A stretch of DNA of 64,000 nt, taken from positions 3,008,001 through 3,072,000 of the forward strand of contig OZ223236.1 in the NCBI GenBank assembly GCA_965140445.1, read 5' to 3'. Of this stretch, positions 1-10,357 are shown piece after piece. This DNA comes from Candidatus Ozemobacteraceae bacterium. Lineage in GTDB: Bacteria > Muiribacteriota > Ozemobacteria > Ozemobacterales > Ozemobacteraceae. The notes below the pieces were generated by a model. That model was not told where the DNA came from. It saw only the letters and a list, made by a program, of their open reading frames with translations, and did no database searches. The translations under genes were made by a program, and so were the position numbers. Each line of letters begins with the position of its first letter. Position 1 is the stretch's first letter.

Positions 1-2
1 AG

Positions 3-1427
3 AGCCATGATTTGAAAAAACATCTGGCATTCTTATCAATTGCTAAAGACGATAAAGAAAAATTTCCACAGGTTTTATATTCCGGAGATGGAGAAATTCG
101 TGCTTTACAGTTTATTGACAATAAGCTCTGGTTTGCTGGTGAAAAAGACTTTATGACCACCCAGCTTTTTTCCTATGAAGTCGATCAAACTGATGGGAAA
201 AAAGTAGAGCGCAGATTAAAAAAATACACCGAATTGCCCGGTGGGGTCTGGGACTTTACCCTTGAACAGAATGGAGATTTCGCGATTTCTACACTTCATA
301 AGGGTGAGTTTCATACTACCAGAATTAATCCTGAGCAATTTAAGGACTTAAGTAACGAACTTCCGGAGATAACAATTGCCCATAAGCCAAAATTTGCTAA
401 AGTTAATAGCTCTGTATACAAAAAAGAATTTAGAACCAGCTATTGGATGCCTATCGTTAGTGAAGATGAAGAAGGCCCAGTATTTGGGGTTTACAGCTAC
501 AGATCTGATAGATTAAATAGAAGTAATATTGTCGTTGCGCCAAAATATGGCTTTGAAAGTAAAAACTGGGGTTACGAAGGTACCTTTATGCAGAGAATAG
601 GCCTGTTCAAGCTTACTCTCTCAATCAACGATGAAGTTTCCAAAAGATCCTATTTATCAAATGAGTATTTTGAAAGAACTCGTGCAAAGATTTTTGATGT
701 TAAATATCCTTTTAACTTGTCAACGACCCTAAATTTTGGTGCAAATTTAAATAAGCGTGGAATTGCTAAAATTCCTGAAAATGGCAGTCCATACCCAACC
801 GTGGGAAGAGACCATTCATTCTATGCCACTGTAAATCATACCGCAATTCGCACAGAACCATACTGGAAGGTTTTTCCGCGTAAAGGTCGCACTGTAGTTG
901 CTAATTACCAGAAGGGTACAGACTTTCTTGATGGTGAACTAAGATATGATCACATGTCTCTAAGATGGAACGAGTATTTCCCAATAAAAAAGAATCTTGT
1001 TTTGACCGTCCGAGGGTATGTTGCTGAAGATGATAAAGAAAACAACATTCGAAGACCAGATGATCTTAGTCTTGGCGGTGGTGGAGACTTTTTGCGCGGG
1101 TATGACAGTGCGTATCGCAGCGGCAACTCTCTTCGAGCAATGAGCCTTCATTTAGGTCATCCAATAAAAGTGGGCTTCCCTAAATTTATGAAGTGGATAA
1201 AAAATGAATTTATGGTAGGCGAAGTTTTCTGGGAAGCCGGAGATGTAAAGCTGAATAGAAAATTTCAATATGTTTTTGATCGAGGCGCGGAAATTAGAAT
1301 GCAAGCCCTTCTATTCAGAAGAATCCCTATCGTGCTGAGATTCGGGGCAGCCTGGGCCAATGATGGCAAAGAAAAGAAGACCTATTTTTCAGCAGATGTT
1401 TCGGAATTATCAGACCTGTTATACTAA
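3..1427 (+). CDS. Omp85/BamA/TamA-family outer-membrane protein with upstream beta-propeller-like region (5'-partial)
   Basis: Frame open from the window edge; alternating aromatic beta-strand pattern; LGGGGDFLRGY resembles the Omp85 (V)RGY loop-6 motif; FPRKG resembles the P.xG motif before the C-terminal barrel. Confidence 0.65.
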   Translation, partial: SHDLKKHLAFLSIAKDDKEKFPQVLYSGDGEIRALQFIDNKLWFAGEKDFMTTQLFSYEVDQTDGKKVERRLKKYTELPGGVWDFTLEQNGDFAISTLHKGEFHTTRINPEQFKDLSNELPEITIAHKPKFAKVNSSVYKKEFRTSYWMPIVSEDEEGPVFGVYSYRSDRLNRSNIVVAPKYGFESKNWGYEGTFMQRIGLFKLTLSINDEVSKRSYLSNEYFERTRAKIFDVKYPFNLSTTLNFGANLNKRGIAKIPENGSPYPTVGRDHSFYATVNHTAIRTEPYWKVFPRKGRTVVANYQKGTDFLDGELRYDHMSLRWNEYFPIKKNLVLTVRGYVAEDDKENNIRRPDDLSLGGGGDFLRGYDSAYRSGNSLRAMSLHLGHPIKVGFPKFMKWIKNEFMVGEVFWEAGDVKLNRKFQYVFDRGAEIRMQALLFRRIPIVLRFGAAWANDGKEKKTYFSADVSELSDLLY

Positions 1428-1431
1428 AACT

Positions 1432-2355
1432 ATGCTCAGTTTCAAAATTAAAAACGTATGTAAGGTTTTCCTGCTTGGAATCTGTTTTTTCTGCTCTATT
1501 TCCTTAAATGCACAGGAGCTAAAAGGACAAATTCGAAGCATTTTTGGAGCGTTTTCAAATGCTATTTCTGCTAAGGAATTCGGTAAAATTCCTGAAGGAA
1601 TGAAAATTATTGATATTCCAGGTTGCAGAGGTATTCGTATTGAAGCTTTAAAGTTTGAGATACGGGTTGATACCTGGACTTCTGAACAGGGGTTGATGGA
1701 GCGCTATAAAGAAGCCGAATCTTCTGGAATGGCTATTGTTGCGGCAATTAACGGAACATTTTATTCGTCCCGAGGAATCCTTGGATCAGCGGTTTCGGAT
1801 GGCAGCATTCCAACTTACCCAATGCAGATACCAGGTTCTCTCTCAAGATGTTTTGTATCAGGTTTCAGAGATATTAAACTCCGACAAAAATGGTACATCG
1901 GGGAGACTTCACTCCGTGGTGGCAAACTTCTTGGTGATGAGTTTAAAGAAAAAGCCTGGCTAAATGTTGAAAAAATTTATGGACGCATTGATCAGCTTTT
2001 AGGTGGCGGGGGCTGGATTATTCAAAGAAGAAAAGATGTTCACCGCGAATCATATGAAAGGCAAAGGTTCCTTTTCAGAAAAGAAGATCAAAATAGTCGC
2101 CATACTGTCATTGCTCAGGATTTTGAGCGAAATTTATATCTACTAGTTTTTGAAACAGGTCATACTTTGCATCAGATAGCACGAAAACTTACAAGAGAAA
2201 AGGTTTTTGGAGATATAACCGAAGCTATTTTTCTGGATGGAGGATCATCATCTGAGATAATCCTAAAAGGAAAATATCTGGTTCCACCTTTGTATCTGAT
2301 GGATAAAGCCAGATTTTCCGGAATTCAGGTTATTATCCCTGAAGAAAAACTATAA
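1432..2355 (+). CDS. Secreted phosphodiester glycosidase (NAGPA/DUF2233) family protein
   Basis: AINGTFY and FLDGGSSS motifs; signal peptide (..SISLNA-Q) if started at ATG 1432 just after the upstream stop. Confidence 0.7.
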   Translation: MLSFKIKNVCKVFLLGICFFCSISLNAQELKGQIRSIFGAFSNAISAKEFGKIPEGMKIIDIPGCRGIRIEALKFEIRVDTWTSEQGLMERYKEAESSGMAIVAAINGTFYSSRGILGSAVSDGSIPTYPMQIPGSLSRCFVSGFRDIKLRQKWYIGETSLRGGKLLGDEFKEKAWLNVEKIYGRIDQLLGGGGWIIQRRKDVHRESYERQRFLFRKEDQNSRHTVIAQDFERNLYLLVFETGHTLHQIARKLTREKVFGDITEAIFLDGGSSSEIILKGKYLVPPLYLMDKARFSGIQVIIPEEKL

Positions 2356-4077
2356 ATGAGTTGGTTGAAGTCGCCTCCGGTAGCCTTTAGGGGTGTTAAA
2401 GGCGGGGATATAAAGCATAACAGTTTCGATGTTATTTTAATTTCAGGCGACGCCTATATTGATCACCCGGCATTTCCAGCTGCAGTTATTTATCGTCGAT
2501 TAGAGCAACTTGGACTCAAAGTCGCAATAATTGCTCAACCAGACTGGAAAAATATTGACGATTTTTTGGCCTGGGGACGACCCGAATTGTTTTTTGCTAT
2601 TACAGCGGGGGCCATGGATAGTATGGTCTCAAATTATACTGCCACACGCATGCCTAGAAGTGAAGATCGACTTTCGCCCGGTGGCAAAGCAGGTTTGAGG
2701 CCGAAGCGTGCCACCAGAGTCTACGTTCAAAAAGTTAGAGAAGCTTTCAAAAATGTCCCAATTGTAATTGGGGGGATTGAAGCCTCTTTAAGAAGATTTG
2801 TCCACTATGACTTCTGGGATGATTCTTTCAAAGATCCTATTTTAATGGAAGCCCCGGCCGATTTCCTGGTTTATGGTATGGGCGAAGTGGTTCTGGAAAG
2901 AATTGTTGATTTTTATAGGACACCTGAAGAGCTCAGAGAAGCTTTCCCAAGGTTTTCTCAGACTTGTGTTAGAGTTAAGCATGGAAAATGGCGTGAACAT
3001 GAATTAAACAAGTTCTTACTGCTCCCGGATGTTGAAACATGCAAAAAGGATGCAAAAAAGTTCATGGAAATGAACATTGTTGTTGATAGAGCGGTTCGTG
3101 ACGGCGCAGAAATTCTAATCCAGGAGCATGCAAAAGGGGATATTTTATGCTTTCCCCCAGATAAAGAAGATTGGCTTAAAGAGCCAGAAATTATGAGTTC
3201 ATTGCGTTTTACAAGGACTTCTCACAAGATATATAAAGATCCTGTTCCTGCGTTAGAGCCTGTGCAATTTTCAATCCAGTCCCATAGAGGATGTCTGGGT
3301 GCTTGTTCTTTTTGCGCACTCTCCATACATCAAGGCCGATTTATAAGATCAAGAAAAGAAGAGGACCTGATAAAAGAGGCAAAAGGTTTTTTAAGTCATC
3401 CAGACTTTAAGGGAATAATTCCCGATGTTGGTGGACCAGCGGTAAACATGTATCAATGGGGCTGTAAGGTAGATGGCTGCAAAACAGGTTTGTGTACTTT
3501 CCCGGATGAATGCAAGAATATGAAAACAGGTTTATCGTCTTATCTTAAACTTCTTAGATCATTAGCTGCTCTTAAAGGGGTAAGAAAGGTATTTATAGGG
3601 TCTGGTCTAAGGTTTGATCTTATTGGTGAAAAAGATTGGAATGCTTTGGCAGAAATTATTGAAAACCATGTTTCCGGTCAGTTAAAAGTTGCTCCAGAAC
3701 ATGTTAATAAAAAAGTTTTGGGTTTAATGAGAAAGGGACAGAATGCTGATTTCAGGAAGTTTGTAAAACGATTTGAAGAAATTTGTAAGAGTCGAAAAAT
3801 TTTAAAGTATGTAGTTCCTTATTTTATTCTCGCATATCCAGGTAGCGATAATCTTGATGTTGAAATCGTTGAGCTTGTTAAGGAATTAAAGCTTGCCCAT
3901 GAGCAGGTCCAGGAATTTACTCCTACCCCGGGAAGTATTGCTACTGCTATGTATGCCACTGAGCTTTCTCCAGATATGAAACCTTTGAAAGTAAAAAAGA
4001 ATCGAAATGAAAGGTTAGAAAGCAGAAAGTTGTTACAGAAAAAAACGAGCAATAGAAAGCCATTTAAGAAAAAATGA
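2356..4077 (+). CDS. ygiQ: YgiQ/UPF0313 family radical SAM protein
   Basis: SGDAYIDHP, GAMDSMVSNYT, GGIEASLRR, HRGCLGACSFC (CxxxCxxC), HVSGQLKVAPEH, QVQEFTPTP. Confidence 0.92.
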   Translation: MSWLKSPPVAFRGVKGGDIKHNSFDVILISGDAYIDHPAFPAAVIYRRLEQLGLKVAIIAQPDWKNIDDFLAWGRPELFFAITAGAMDSMVSNYTATRMPRSEDRLSPGGKAGLRPKRATRVYVQKVREAFKNVPIVIGGIEASLRRFVHYDFWDDSFKDPILMEAPADFLVYGMGEVVLERIVDFYRTPEELREAFPRFSQTCVRVKHGKWREHELNKFLLLPDVETCKKDAKKFMEMNIVVDRAVRDGAEILIQEHAKGDILCFPPDKEDWLKEPEIMSSLRFTRTSHKIYKDPVPALEPVQFSIQSHRGCLGACSFCALSIHQGRFIRSRKEEDLIKEAKGFLSHPDFKGIIPDVGGPAVNMYQWGCKVDGCKTGLCTFPDECKNMKTGLSSYLKLLRSLAALKGVRKVFIGSGLRFDLIGEKDWNALAEIIENHVSGQLKVAPEHVNKKVLGLMRKGQNADFRKFVKRFEEICKSRKILKYVVPYFILAYPGSDNLDVEIVELVKELKLAHEQVQEFTPTPGSIATAMYATELSPDMKPLKVKKNRNERLESRKLLQKKTSNRKPFKKK

Positions 4078-4820
4078 ACTTAGTTTCCTTATTAGATAAC
4101 CTTGAAACTCAAGAATTGCTTTTTAATGAGGAAATCCACAATCTGGTTACTAACCAAAAAAGGGTTTTGCCTGTCATGGAACCTGATGGTTTTTCTCTAA
4201 AATGGCTTGTAACCTATGCAGAAAAAAATAGTGCAGACTGGACGATTGCCAAATATTGCGGTAAGGATTCAACCTTGGATAGAGGTGACCTTTTGCTTTT
4301 ACCTCAAACTGACATAAGGATTTTTCTTCCCGAAGAAATTTGTATAGGAATTGATTCAAAGATTTCTAAAAGCATCCATGTTTTTTCTAATTTTGGACAG
4401 GATGATTCAGACTCTAAAGTTAGCTCCAGCGAAATAGACGCTGAAATACAAGAAATAGAAAGCTATTTGCTTGCAAATTTTAAAATACAGATTAAAAGCA
4501 GAGTCAGGCTTAAAAGTTACTTTGAGGGGCAATATAGATTTGAGTATCTATCATTTTACTTTTTAGTAGAAGATGAAATTGTTGCGTACATTAAAGCTAT
4601 CCACGAAACAAAAAATACTATTGAGCCTTACATCGAAGTAAATCCATTTTATCGTGGTAGAGGGGTGGGAGAAAAAATTCTAAAATACTTTTACCTCAAA
4701 CACCAGTTGTCGAATAAATTTCTTATTTATCAAGTTGAAGAAGAGAACCTGGCCTCAACTAAAATCGCAAAGAAATGTGGATTAAAGAAAATTCATACCT
4801 GGAATTCTCTGGATTATTAA
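4074..4820 (+). CDS. Protein with C-terminal GNAT N-acetyltransferase domain
   Basis: VNPFYRGRGVG acetyl-CoA motif A and ENLASTKIAKKCG motif B; ATGA-type overlap region with ygiQ stop. Confidence 0.75.
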   Translation: MNLVSLLDNLETQELLFNEEIHNLVTNQKRVLPVMEPDGFSLKWLVTYAEKNSADWTIAKYCGKDSTLDRGDLLLLPQTDIRIFLPEEICIGIDSKISKSIHVFSNFGQDDSDSKVSSSEIDAEIQEIESYLLANFKIQIKSRVRLKSYFEGQYRFEYLSFYFLVEDEIVAYIKAIHETKNTIEPYIEVNPFYRGRGVGEKILKYFYLKHQLSNKFLIYQVEEENLASTKIAKKCGLKKIHTWNSLDY

Positions 4821-4831
4821 TTTTCTTTTGG

Positions 4832-4860
4832 TTGACTATAAGCTTCAGCACTTCTAGAAT
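4832..4860 (+). promoter_or_regulatory. Sigma-70-type promoter for the guanylyltransferase gene
   Basis: TTGACT-17 nt-TAGAAT in the intergenic gap, about 40 nt upstream of the start. Confidence 0.55.
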
Positions 4861-4902
4861 AGCTAACATGGGTAAAGAGTTTCCCAATAAATATGGAATG
4901 GA

Positions 4903-7422
4903 ATGAGTGAGGAAAAAAAGATGAAAGCTGTTATTATGGCTGGTGGTTTTGGCACCAGATTACGCCCAATTACCTGTAACATCCCGAAACCGATGGTGCC
5001 TGTGGCAAACATCCCAATGATGGAACATATCGTCAACCTATTGAAGCGATATGATCTGAAAAAAATCTGTTCAATTCTTTATTTTCAACCAGAAGTAATT
5101 ACCAAGTATTTTGATGATGGCTCTGATTTTGGAATCGAAATGGATTATCAGATGGCAACAGCAGATTTTGGTACTGCTGGTAGTGTTAAAAATGCTGAGG
5201 ATAAGCTTAATGATGAGCCATTCATAATTATTTCAGGTGATGTGCTTACTGATTTTGATCTTTCAGAAGCGATTCGTTTCCATAAAGAAAAAAAATCAAT
5301 GGCAACAATGGTTTTAACAAGAGTAACAGATCCTCTTGAATATGGAGTTGTTATTACCGCAGAAGACGGAAAAATCATTCGTTTCCTTGAAAAACCAAGC
5401 TGGGGCGAAGTTTTCTCAGACACGATTAACACTGGAATTTACATTCTGGAACCAGAAATCTTTAAATATATTCCTGCAAAAGCTGAATTTGATTTTAGTA
5501 AAAATCTATTCCCTTTGATGCTTAAGGAAGAGCTGCCACTTTATGGCTATATTGCTGATGGATATTGGAAAGACATTGGAAATCTTGACGAATATCGTCT
5601 TGCTCATAAGCATCTTATTAATGGCGAAGTTAAAATAGACATTCCTGGAGAAAGGCTTAACATCATTGGACGAGATGTGTGGGTCGGTAAGAACTCCAAT
5701 GTTTCCACCAAAGCAAAGTTTAAAGGTGGAGTAATTATTGGTAAGAATTGTGAGATTGAAGAAGGCGTAGTCCTTGAAAATAGTATAATTGGAGATGGTT
5801 GTATTATTAAAAAGGGTGCAAAAATTTCTTCTTCAATTATCTGGGAAGGCGTTAATATTGGTGAAAATGTTGAAATTGATGAAACTATTGTTTCATGGGA
5901 CAGCCATATTAATGAAGATGCCAAATTAGAAAAAGGCACTGTAATAAGTGAAGAGTGCCGCATTGGAAAAGGTGCTGTTGTTAAAGAAAATGTAAAGATA
6001 TGGCCTCGAAAAGTAGTTGAGGAAGGATCGCATGTTTTCTCAAGCCTTATCTGGAGCGATAAGTGGACGAAGAATCTTTTTAACGATTTTGGAATTTCTG
6101 GCCTTGCTAACATTGAAGTTACGCCTGAATTTGCTTCAAAGATTGGTGCCGCATATGGTTCTACTCTTGAAAAGGGCGTAAGCATTATTTCTTCAAGGGA
6201 TTCACACAAATTTAGCAGAATGATCAACCGAGCTTTAATCTGTGGATTAAGTTCAGCTGGTATTAATGTTGCTGATTTGCGAGTAACTCCAGAGCCTGTT
6301 GCCAGATACAAACCAAACGCTTTTATGCGTGGTGGTGGAATTCACGTTAGACTATCTGCTGATGATCCAAACCAGCTTGAAATAAGAATCTTTGATTTTG
6401 AAGGAAGAGATATTTCTATAGCTCAGAAAAAATCAATTGAACGTCTTTTTAATAGGGATGATTTCAGACGTGTTTCTATAAAAGAAGTTGGGGAAATCAC
6501 TTTCCCACCGCGCGTTCCAGAAAACTATAGCGAAGAATTGCTTCGTCGAATTGATGTAGAAGCTATTAAAAAGAGAAATCTAAAAATAGTTCTAGACTAT
6601 GGTTATAGTGGAGCCTCCAGTATATTTGCAACTTTCCTTGGCAAGTTAAACTGCGAAGTAATCTCTCTAAATGCATATCAGGAACAGCTTGATCCAAGTC
6701 AAAGCAGAACCAACAATTCAGCAAACATTGCTTCAATCGTAAAATCGCTCGGAGCGGATGTTGGAATCATGTTGGGCGATGGAGCTGAAAAAATTACTTT
6801 TGTGGACGATCAGGGTCGGGTTATTGAAGGCGATGAAGCTCTGGTATCATGGATTCAGATGGTTCTTGAAATCAATCCAAAGGCAAAAATTGCTGTTCCT
6901 GTTTCATCAACACACGTTCTTGAAAAGCTTGCAGATAAAACAGGTGGAACAATTGTAAGAACAAAAACCAACAGTCGTGAGCTAATGAATGCGGCTTTAA
7001 GCGAAGATATTTCTGTTTGTGTGGATAATCATGGTGGAATTATTTTCCCTGCATTCCAGCCAACCTTTGATGGAATTTTTGCTGCAGCAAAGTTAATGGA
7101 ATTAATGGCCACACTTGATAAGCCGCTTTCAAAAGTCGTAAATAGCTTGCCAAACTTTTATCTTAAGGCTGATAGAGTTCCTTGTCCATGGGAAGATAAG
7201 GGCAAAGTAATGCGCTACGCAATGGAATATGCAAAAGATTTTGAAACTCTTCTGATTGATGGAGTTAAAATTCTCATGAATGATACGGATTGGGTTCTAA
7301 TTCTTCCTGATCCAGATAAACCATTTGTTAACATTACAGCTGAAAGCTCTTCGGATAAAAAGGCTGATGAATTGCTTAATAACATGCTCGCACTTGTAGA
7401 AGAATGGAAAGATCTGGAATAG
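4903..7422 (+). CDS. Mannose-1-phosphate guanylyltransferase fused to left-handed beta-helix and phosphomannomutase-like domains
   Basis: MAGGFGTRLRP..PKPMVP nucleotidyltransferase motif, hexapeptide repeats, C-terminal phosphohexomutase-like domains (DGVKI, WVLILPD); start may be 4921. Confidence 0.9.
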   Translation: MSEEKKMKAVIMAGGFGTRLRPITCNIPKPMVPVANIPMMEHIVNLLKRYDLKKICSILYFQPEVITKYFDDGSDFGIEMDYQMATADFGTAGSVKNAEDKLNDEPFIIISGDVLTDFDLSEAIRFHKEKKSMATMVLTRVTDPLEYGVVITAEDGKIIRFLEKPSWGEVFSDTINTGIYILEPEIFKYIPAKAEFDFSKNLFPLMLKEELPLYGYIADGYWKDIGNLDEYRLAHKHLINGEVKIDIPGERLNIIGRDVWVGKNSNVSTKAKFKGGVIIGKNCEIEEGVVLENSIIGDGCIIKKGAKISSSIIWEGVNIGENVEIDETIVSWDSHINEDAKLEKGTVISEECRIGKGAVVKENVKIWPRKVVEEGSHVFSSLIWSDKWTKNLFNDFGISGLANIEVTPEFASKIGAAYGSTLEKGVSIISSRDSHKFSRMINRALICGLSSAGINVADLRVTPEPVARYKPNAFMRGGGIHVRLSADDPNQLEIRIFDFEGRDISIAQKKSIERLFNRDDFRRVSIKEVGEITFPPRVPENYSEELLRRIDVEAIKKRNLKIVLDYGYSGASSIFATFLGKLNCEVISLNAYQEQLDPSQSRTNNSANIASIVKSLGADVGIMLGDGAEKITFVDDQGRVIEGDEALVSWIQMVLEINPKAKIAVPVSSTHVLEKLADKTGGTIVRTKTNSRELMNAALSEDISVCVDNHGGIIFPAFQPTFDGIFAAAKLMELMATLDKPLSKVVNSLPNFYLKADRVPCPWEDKGKVMRYAMEYAKDFETLLIDGVKILMNDTDWVLILPDPDKPFVNITAESSSDKKADELLNNMLALVEEWKDLE

Positions 7423-7442
7423 ATTTAATCTAACTTAAAAAT

Positions 7443-7477
7443 AAAAGGGCCGTTGATTTGAATCGACGGTCCTTTTT
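7443..7477 (+). terminator. Rho-independent terminator
   Basis: GGGCCGTTGAT/ATCGACGGTCC stem (with G-U pairs) followed by T5. Confidence 0.75.
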
Positions 7478-7512
7478 AATATATAATTAGGTAGATAGTA
7501 AAGGGGCAACGA

Positions 7513-8292
7513 ATGAAACCTTGTTTAAAACGGTTCTTTGCCATTCTGCTTTGTTTATATTTAATTTTTCAGGGAATTTGTCAACCCGTAGTATCAGCAG
7601 AAAGAAAGGTTTTAAAGGTTGGGATAGCCCTCAGAAATTATTGGAAAGCATTTTACTCTGAATCAGATTGCCCTGAATTTCAGGCAGTTGAAGTTGCCAA
7701 AAAGTTAGCCCAAAATCTCGATGTAGATATCGAGATTGTATCTTACCCCTGGGAGCGGTTACTCTGGTCTGCTGAAAATGGAGACATAGATTTTTTGCCT
7801 TATTGTCGTAAGACCAGTCAAATTCTGGAAAAAGTTAAGCTTTTTAAAGTTCCTTTGCTTGTTGAATCTGAAAGCTTGTTTATACAAAAGAGGTTAAATC
7901 CTTTTTTTGATGAGCAAGGGCACATTAGATTAGATTTAAAACAGAAAAGGTTCAGCGTCGCGGCTTTATTTTGCTGTAACTTTCCGGTGGAATTCTTTGA
8001 CGTTCAAGACTCTATTGATTTTTATCAAGCTGCAAATCTATTTGAACTGGGTAGAATTTTGAGAGAAAGAAAAATTGATGCTGTCTATGGAACTTCTTAT
8101 TATTTAAAGCGCATTTTTAAAACTGACAGATTTGTTAGAGGGTTTTATAAGGAGATAGATTTAAAGCCTGTTCAGATATTTTTTGGTATTTCTAAAAAGT
8201 CAAAATTTGTTGACCAATTTTCTTTTCTGGAAAAATGCTTTGAAAAAATTCTTTCTAACCATAAATTAGAATTCCTTGATGCAAAGGATTAA
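7513..8292 (+). CDS. Extracytoplasmic solute-binding protein (family 3-like)
   Basis: Signal peptide; YPWERLL...GDIDF, RKIDAVY and FFGISKKS patterns typical of PBP family 3. Confidence 0.7.
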   Translation: MKPCLKRFFAILLCLYLIFQGICQPVVSAERKVLKVGIALRNYWKAFYSESDCPEFQAVEVAKKLAQNLDVDIEIVSYPWERLLWSAENGDIDFLPYCRKTSQILEKVKLFKVPLLVESESLFIQKRLNPFFDEQGHIRLDLKQKRFSVAALFCCNFPVEFFDVQDSIDFYQAANLFELGRILRERKIDAVYGTSYYLKRIFKTDRFVRGFYKEIDLKPVQIFFGISKKSKFVDQFSFLEKCFEKILSNHKLEFLDAKD

Positions 8293-8299
8293 AAGTTAA

Positions 8300-10357
8300 A
8301 TGAAGCGATTAGGCAAATTAGCGATCTTTATTGGAATAGGACTGCTGATTTTATTTATTATTTTCTATGAAGCTGAAAGTAAACGAATTGAAATCTCCAA
8401 ATTAAATAAATTTTGCAAAATTTTGTCTCCGGCTTTATGGAAATATGACCAGCAGGCAATTAATAGTTTTTTAGAATTTATCTGTCTGGAAAGAGGGTAT
8501 CAGGAAATCGTTCTAGAAACTCGATTAGAGTCTGAGCCAGATACTTATAGACCATTTGTCCGTGTTCATCGAAACAACCTTGTAAACAATGAACCCATTG
8601 ATTTTCGTTCATTTTTCTTTAATCCTTCTGAACTTGAAAGTAAGATTTCATACAACGATAGGGTTATTGGTCGAATCCTCATAAGTAGATATCCACCAAA
8701 TTTATTTACATATTTTATTGTCGGCTTGTTTCTCTTTTTATCTTTTTCCATTGCTTTTTTCTATATGGAAATTCTTAGAGGAAAGCTTTTGCTTGAAAAG
8801 AGAATTGAAGAACGAAGTGAAGCTTTATCCAAGAGCGAAAAGAAATTGGAAGCGATTTTTGAAAACATCGGAGAAGGAGTAATATCCCTGGACCCTTCGG
8901 GAAAAATTCTTGCCGCAAATGCTCTAGCGCAAGAAATGATTGGTATTTTCAAGGACGACCTGATTGGAAGCTTTTTTAAGGATATTTTGATCCTCAGAAG
9001 CTTTGATGGTGAGCCCTTAAATCTGGAGTTACCTGAATTCAAAGCTGATTTACCCTTAGAAGTTGTAACAATTCGCTGCCAGATGACTGATAGTCTTAAT
9101 AATGAACGAACAATTTCTGCATGCCTTACTACAATTTCAAATAAGGGAAAGTTGGAAGGTTATGTTTTAGTGTTTAGGGATGTTTCCAATGAAGAGCGAA
9201 TTGAAAAACAGTTAAGACAGAGTCAAAAAATGGAAGCAGTGGGGCAGCTGGCAGGGGGCATTGCTCATGATTTTAATAATCTTCTCCAGGTAATTCTTGG
9301 GTATGGTGAGCTTGTTGAAGAGTCGCTTGAAAACTTCTCTGAAGCTGAAAAAGATAACTGGTCACAGGTTATGGAAGCCGGCAAAAAAGCTCAGTCTTTG
9401 ATTAAAAAGATTCTTTCATTTAGCAGGGAGAAAAAAGAGTTTAAAAAAGGCTACTTCAATCTTAGTAAAACGGTTAAAGAGCTTTTAAAAATGGTTAAGC
9501 GTGTTATTGAAGAAAACGTTGAAATCGTTTATATCGAAATTGATTCATTATGGCCTGTTGCAGGGGATTCAGAGCAAATGGAACAGGCTCTTATGAACCT
9601 GTGTGTAAATGCTCGAGATGCCATGAGTCACGGTGGAAGGCTTACTATTGAATTAAAGAATGCTATTTTGACTAACGAATTCATTCCTTCTCAGGGCAAA
9701 AAGGTGTCGGGAAGATTTGTTTGCATTCAAATTAGTGATACTGGTAGTGGAATTCCGCCAAAGGATCTTGAAAGAATATTTGATCCCTTTTTTACCACCA
9801 AATCAAAAGGAAAAGGAACTGGAATTGGATTAGCTACTGTTTTTAATATTGTTACCCAACACGAGGGATTTCTTAGAGTTGATTCTGAACTCGGCAAAGG
9901 AACAACCTTTCGATTATATTTGCCTGTAACAGATGTTAGTGAAAACTATGAAGAGGTGAAACCGGAGGCTGTAGATTTTTCTTTTGAGGGCAATGGTGAG
10001 ACAATCTTGCTAGCCGAAGACCAGGAAGAGGTTCGGAATCTCGGTAAAAGATTATTGGAAAAAAATGGATACAAGGTAATAGTTGCGGAAAATGGAAGAG
10101 AAGCAATTGAGCTGTTTGAGGCCAACTCCAAAGAAATTAAGCTGTTGCTTTTCGATGTTGTTATGCCAGAAATGTCAGGTTGGGAAGCTGGAAAAGCTAT
10201 TTTGCAGAAAAAACCAGGGCTCCCGCTAATCTTTTGTAGCGGTTACACAGACCAGCTTGTTGGAAAAGATATCGAAAATGTATTAATAGAGAAACCATAT
10301 AAAAAAGAGATCTTGCTTGCCACAATAAGAGAACTGCTCAACAAAACGCTAAATTAG
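8300..10357 (+). CDS. Hybrid sensor histidine kinase (TM-PAS-HisKA-HATPase-REC)
   Basis: QKMEAVGQLAGGIAHDFNN H-box, NLCVNARDAM N-box, DTGSG, FDPFFTTK, GTGIGL; receiver LLAED..DVVMP..KPY. Confidence 0.95.
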   Translation: MKRLGKLAIFIGIGLLILFIIFYEAESKRIEISKLNKFCKILSPALWKYDQQAINSFLEFICLERGYQEIVLETRLESEPDTYRPFVRVHRNNLVNNEPIDFRSFFFNPSELESKISYNDRVIGRILISRYPPNLFTYFIVGLFLFLSFSIAFFYMEILRGKLLLEKRIEERSEALSKSEKKLEAIFENIGEGVISLDPSGKILAANALAQEMIGIFKDDLIGSFFKDILILRSFDGEPLNLELPEFKADLPLEVVTIRCQMTDSLNNERTISACLTTISNKGKLEGYVLVFRDVSNEERIEKQLRQSQKMEAVGQLAGGIAHDFNNLLQVILGYGELVEESLENFSEAEKDNWSQVMEAGKKAQSLIKKILSFSREKKEFKKGYFNLSKTVKELLKMVKRVIEENVEIVYIEIDSLWPVAGDSEQMEQALMNLCVNARDAMSHGGRLTIELKNAILTNEFIPSQGKKVSGRFVCIQISDTGSGIPPKDLERIFDPFFTTKSKGKGTGIGLATVFNIVTQHEGFLRVDSELGKGTTFRLYLPVTDVSENYEEVKPEAVDFSFEGNGETILLAEDQEEVRNLGKRLLEKNGYKVIVAENGREAIELFEANSKEIKLLLFDVVMPEMSGWEAGKAILQKKPGLPLIFCSGYTDQLVGKDIENVLIEKPYKKEILLATIRELLNKTLN

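Noticed and set aside
1360..1431. Longer upstream starts given by the ORF track (1360, 12315, 16339, 22925, 22991, 30119, 32423, 46817, 51292, 61002)
   Set aside because: Downstream starts have better RBSs, give proper signal peptides or avoid long overlaps
5604..6311. 235-aa antisense ORF and the many other short antisense or out-of-frame ORFs in the track
   Set aside because: They lie inside well-supported genes and have no motifs; these are codon-bias shadows
6100..7422. Phosphomannomutase-like domain lacks the catalytic T.SHNP serine motif
   Set aside because: This degeneration is already known for this guanylyltransferase fusion family, so it is not novel
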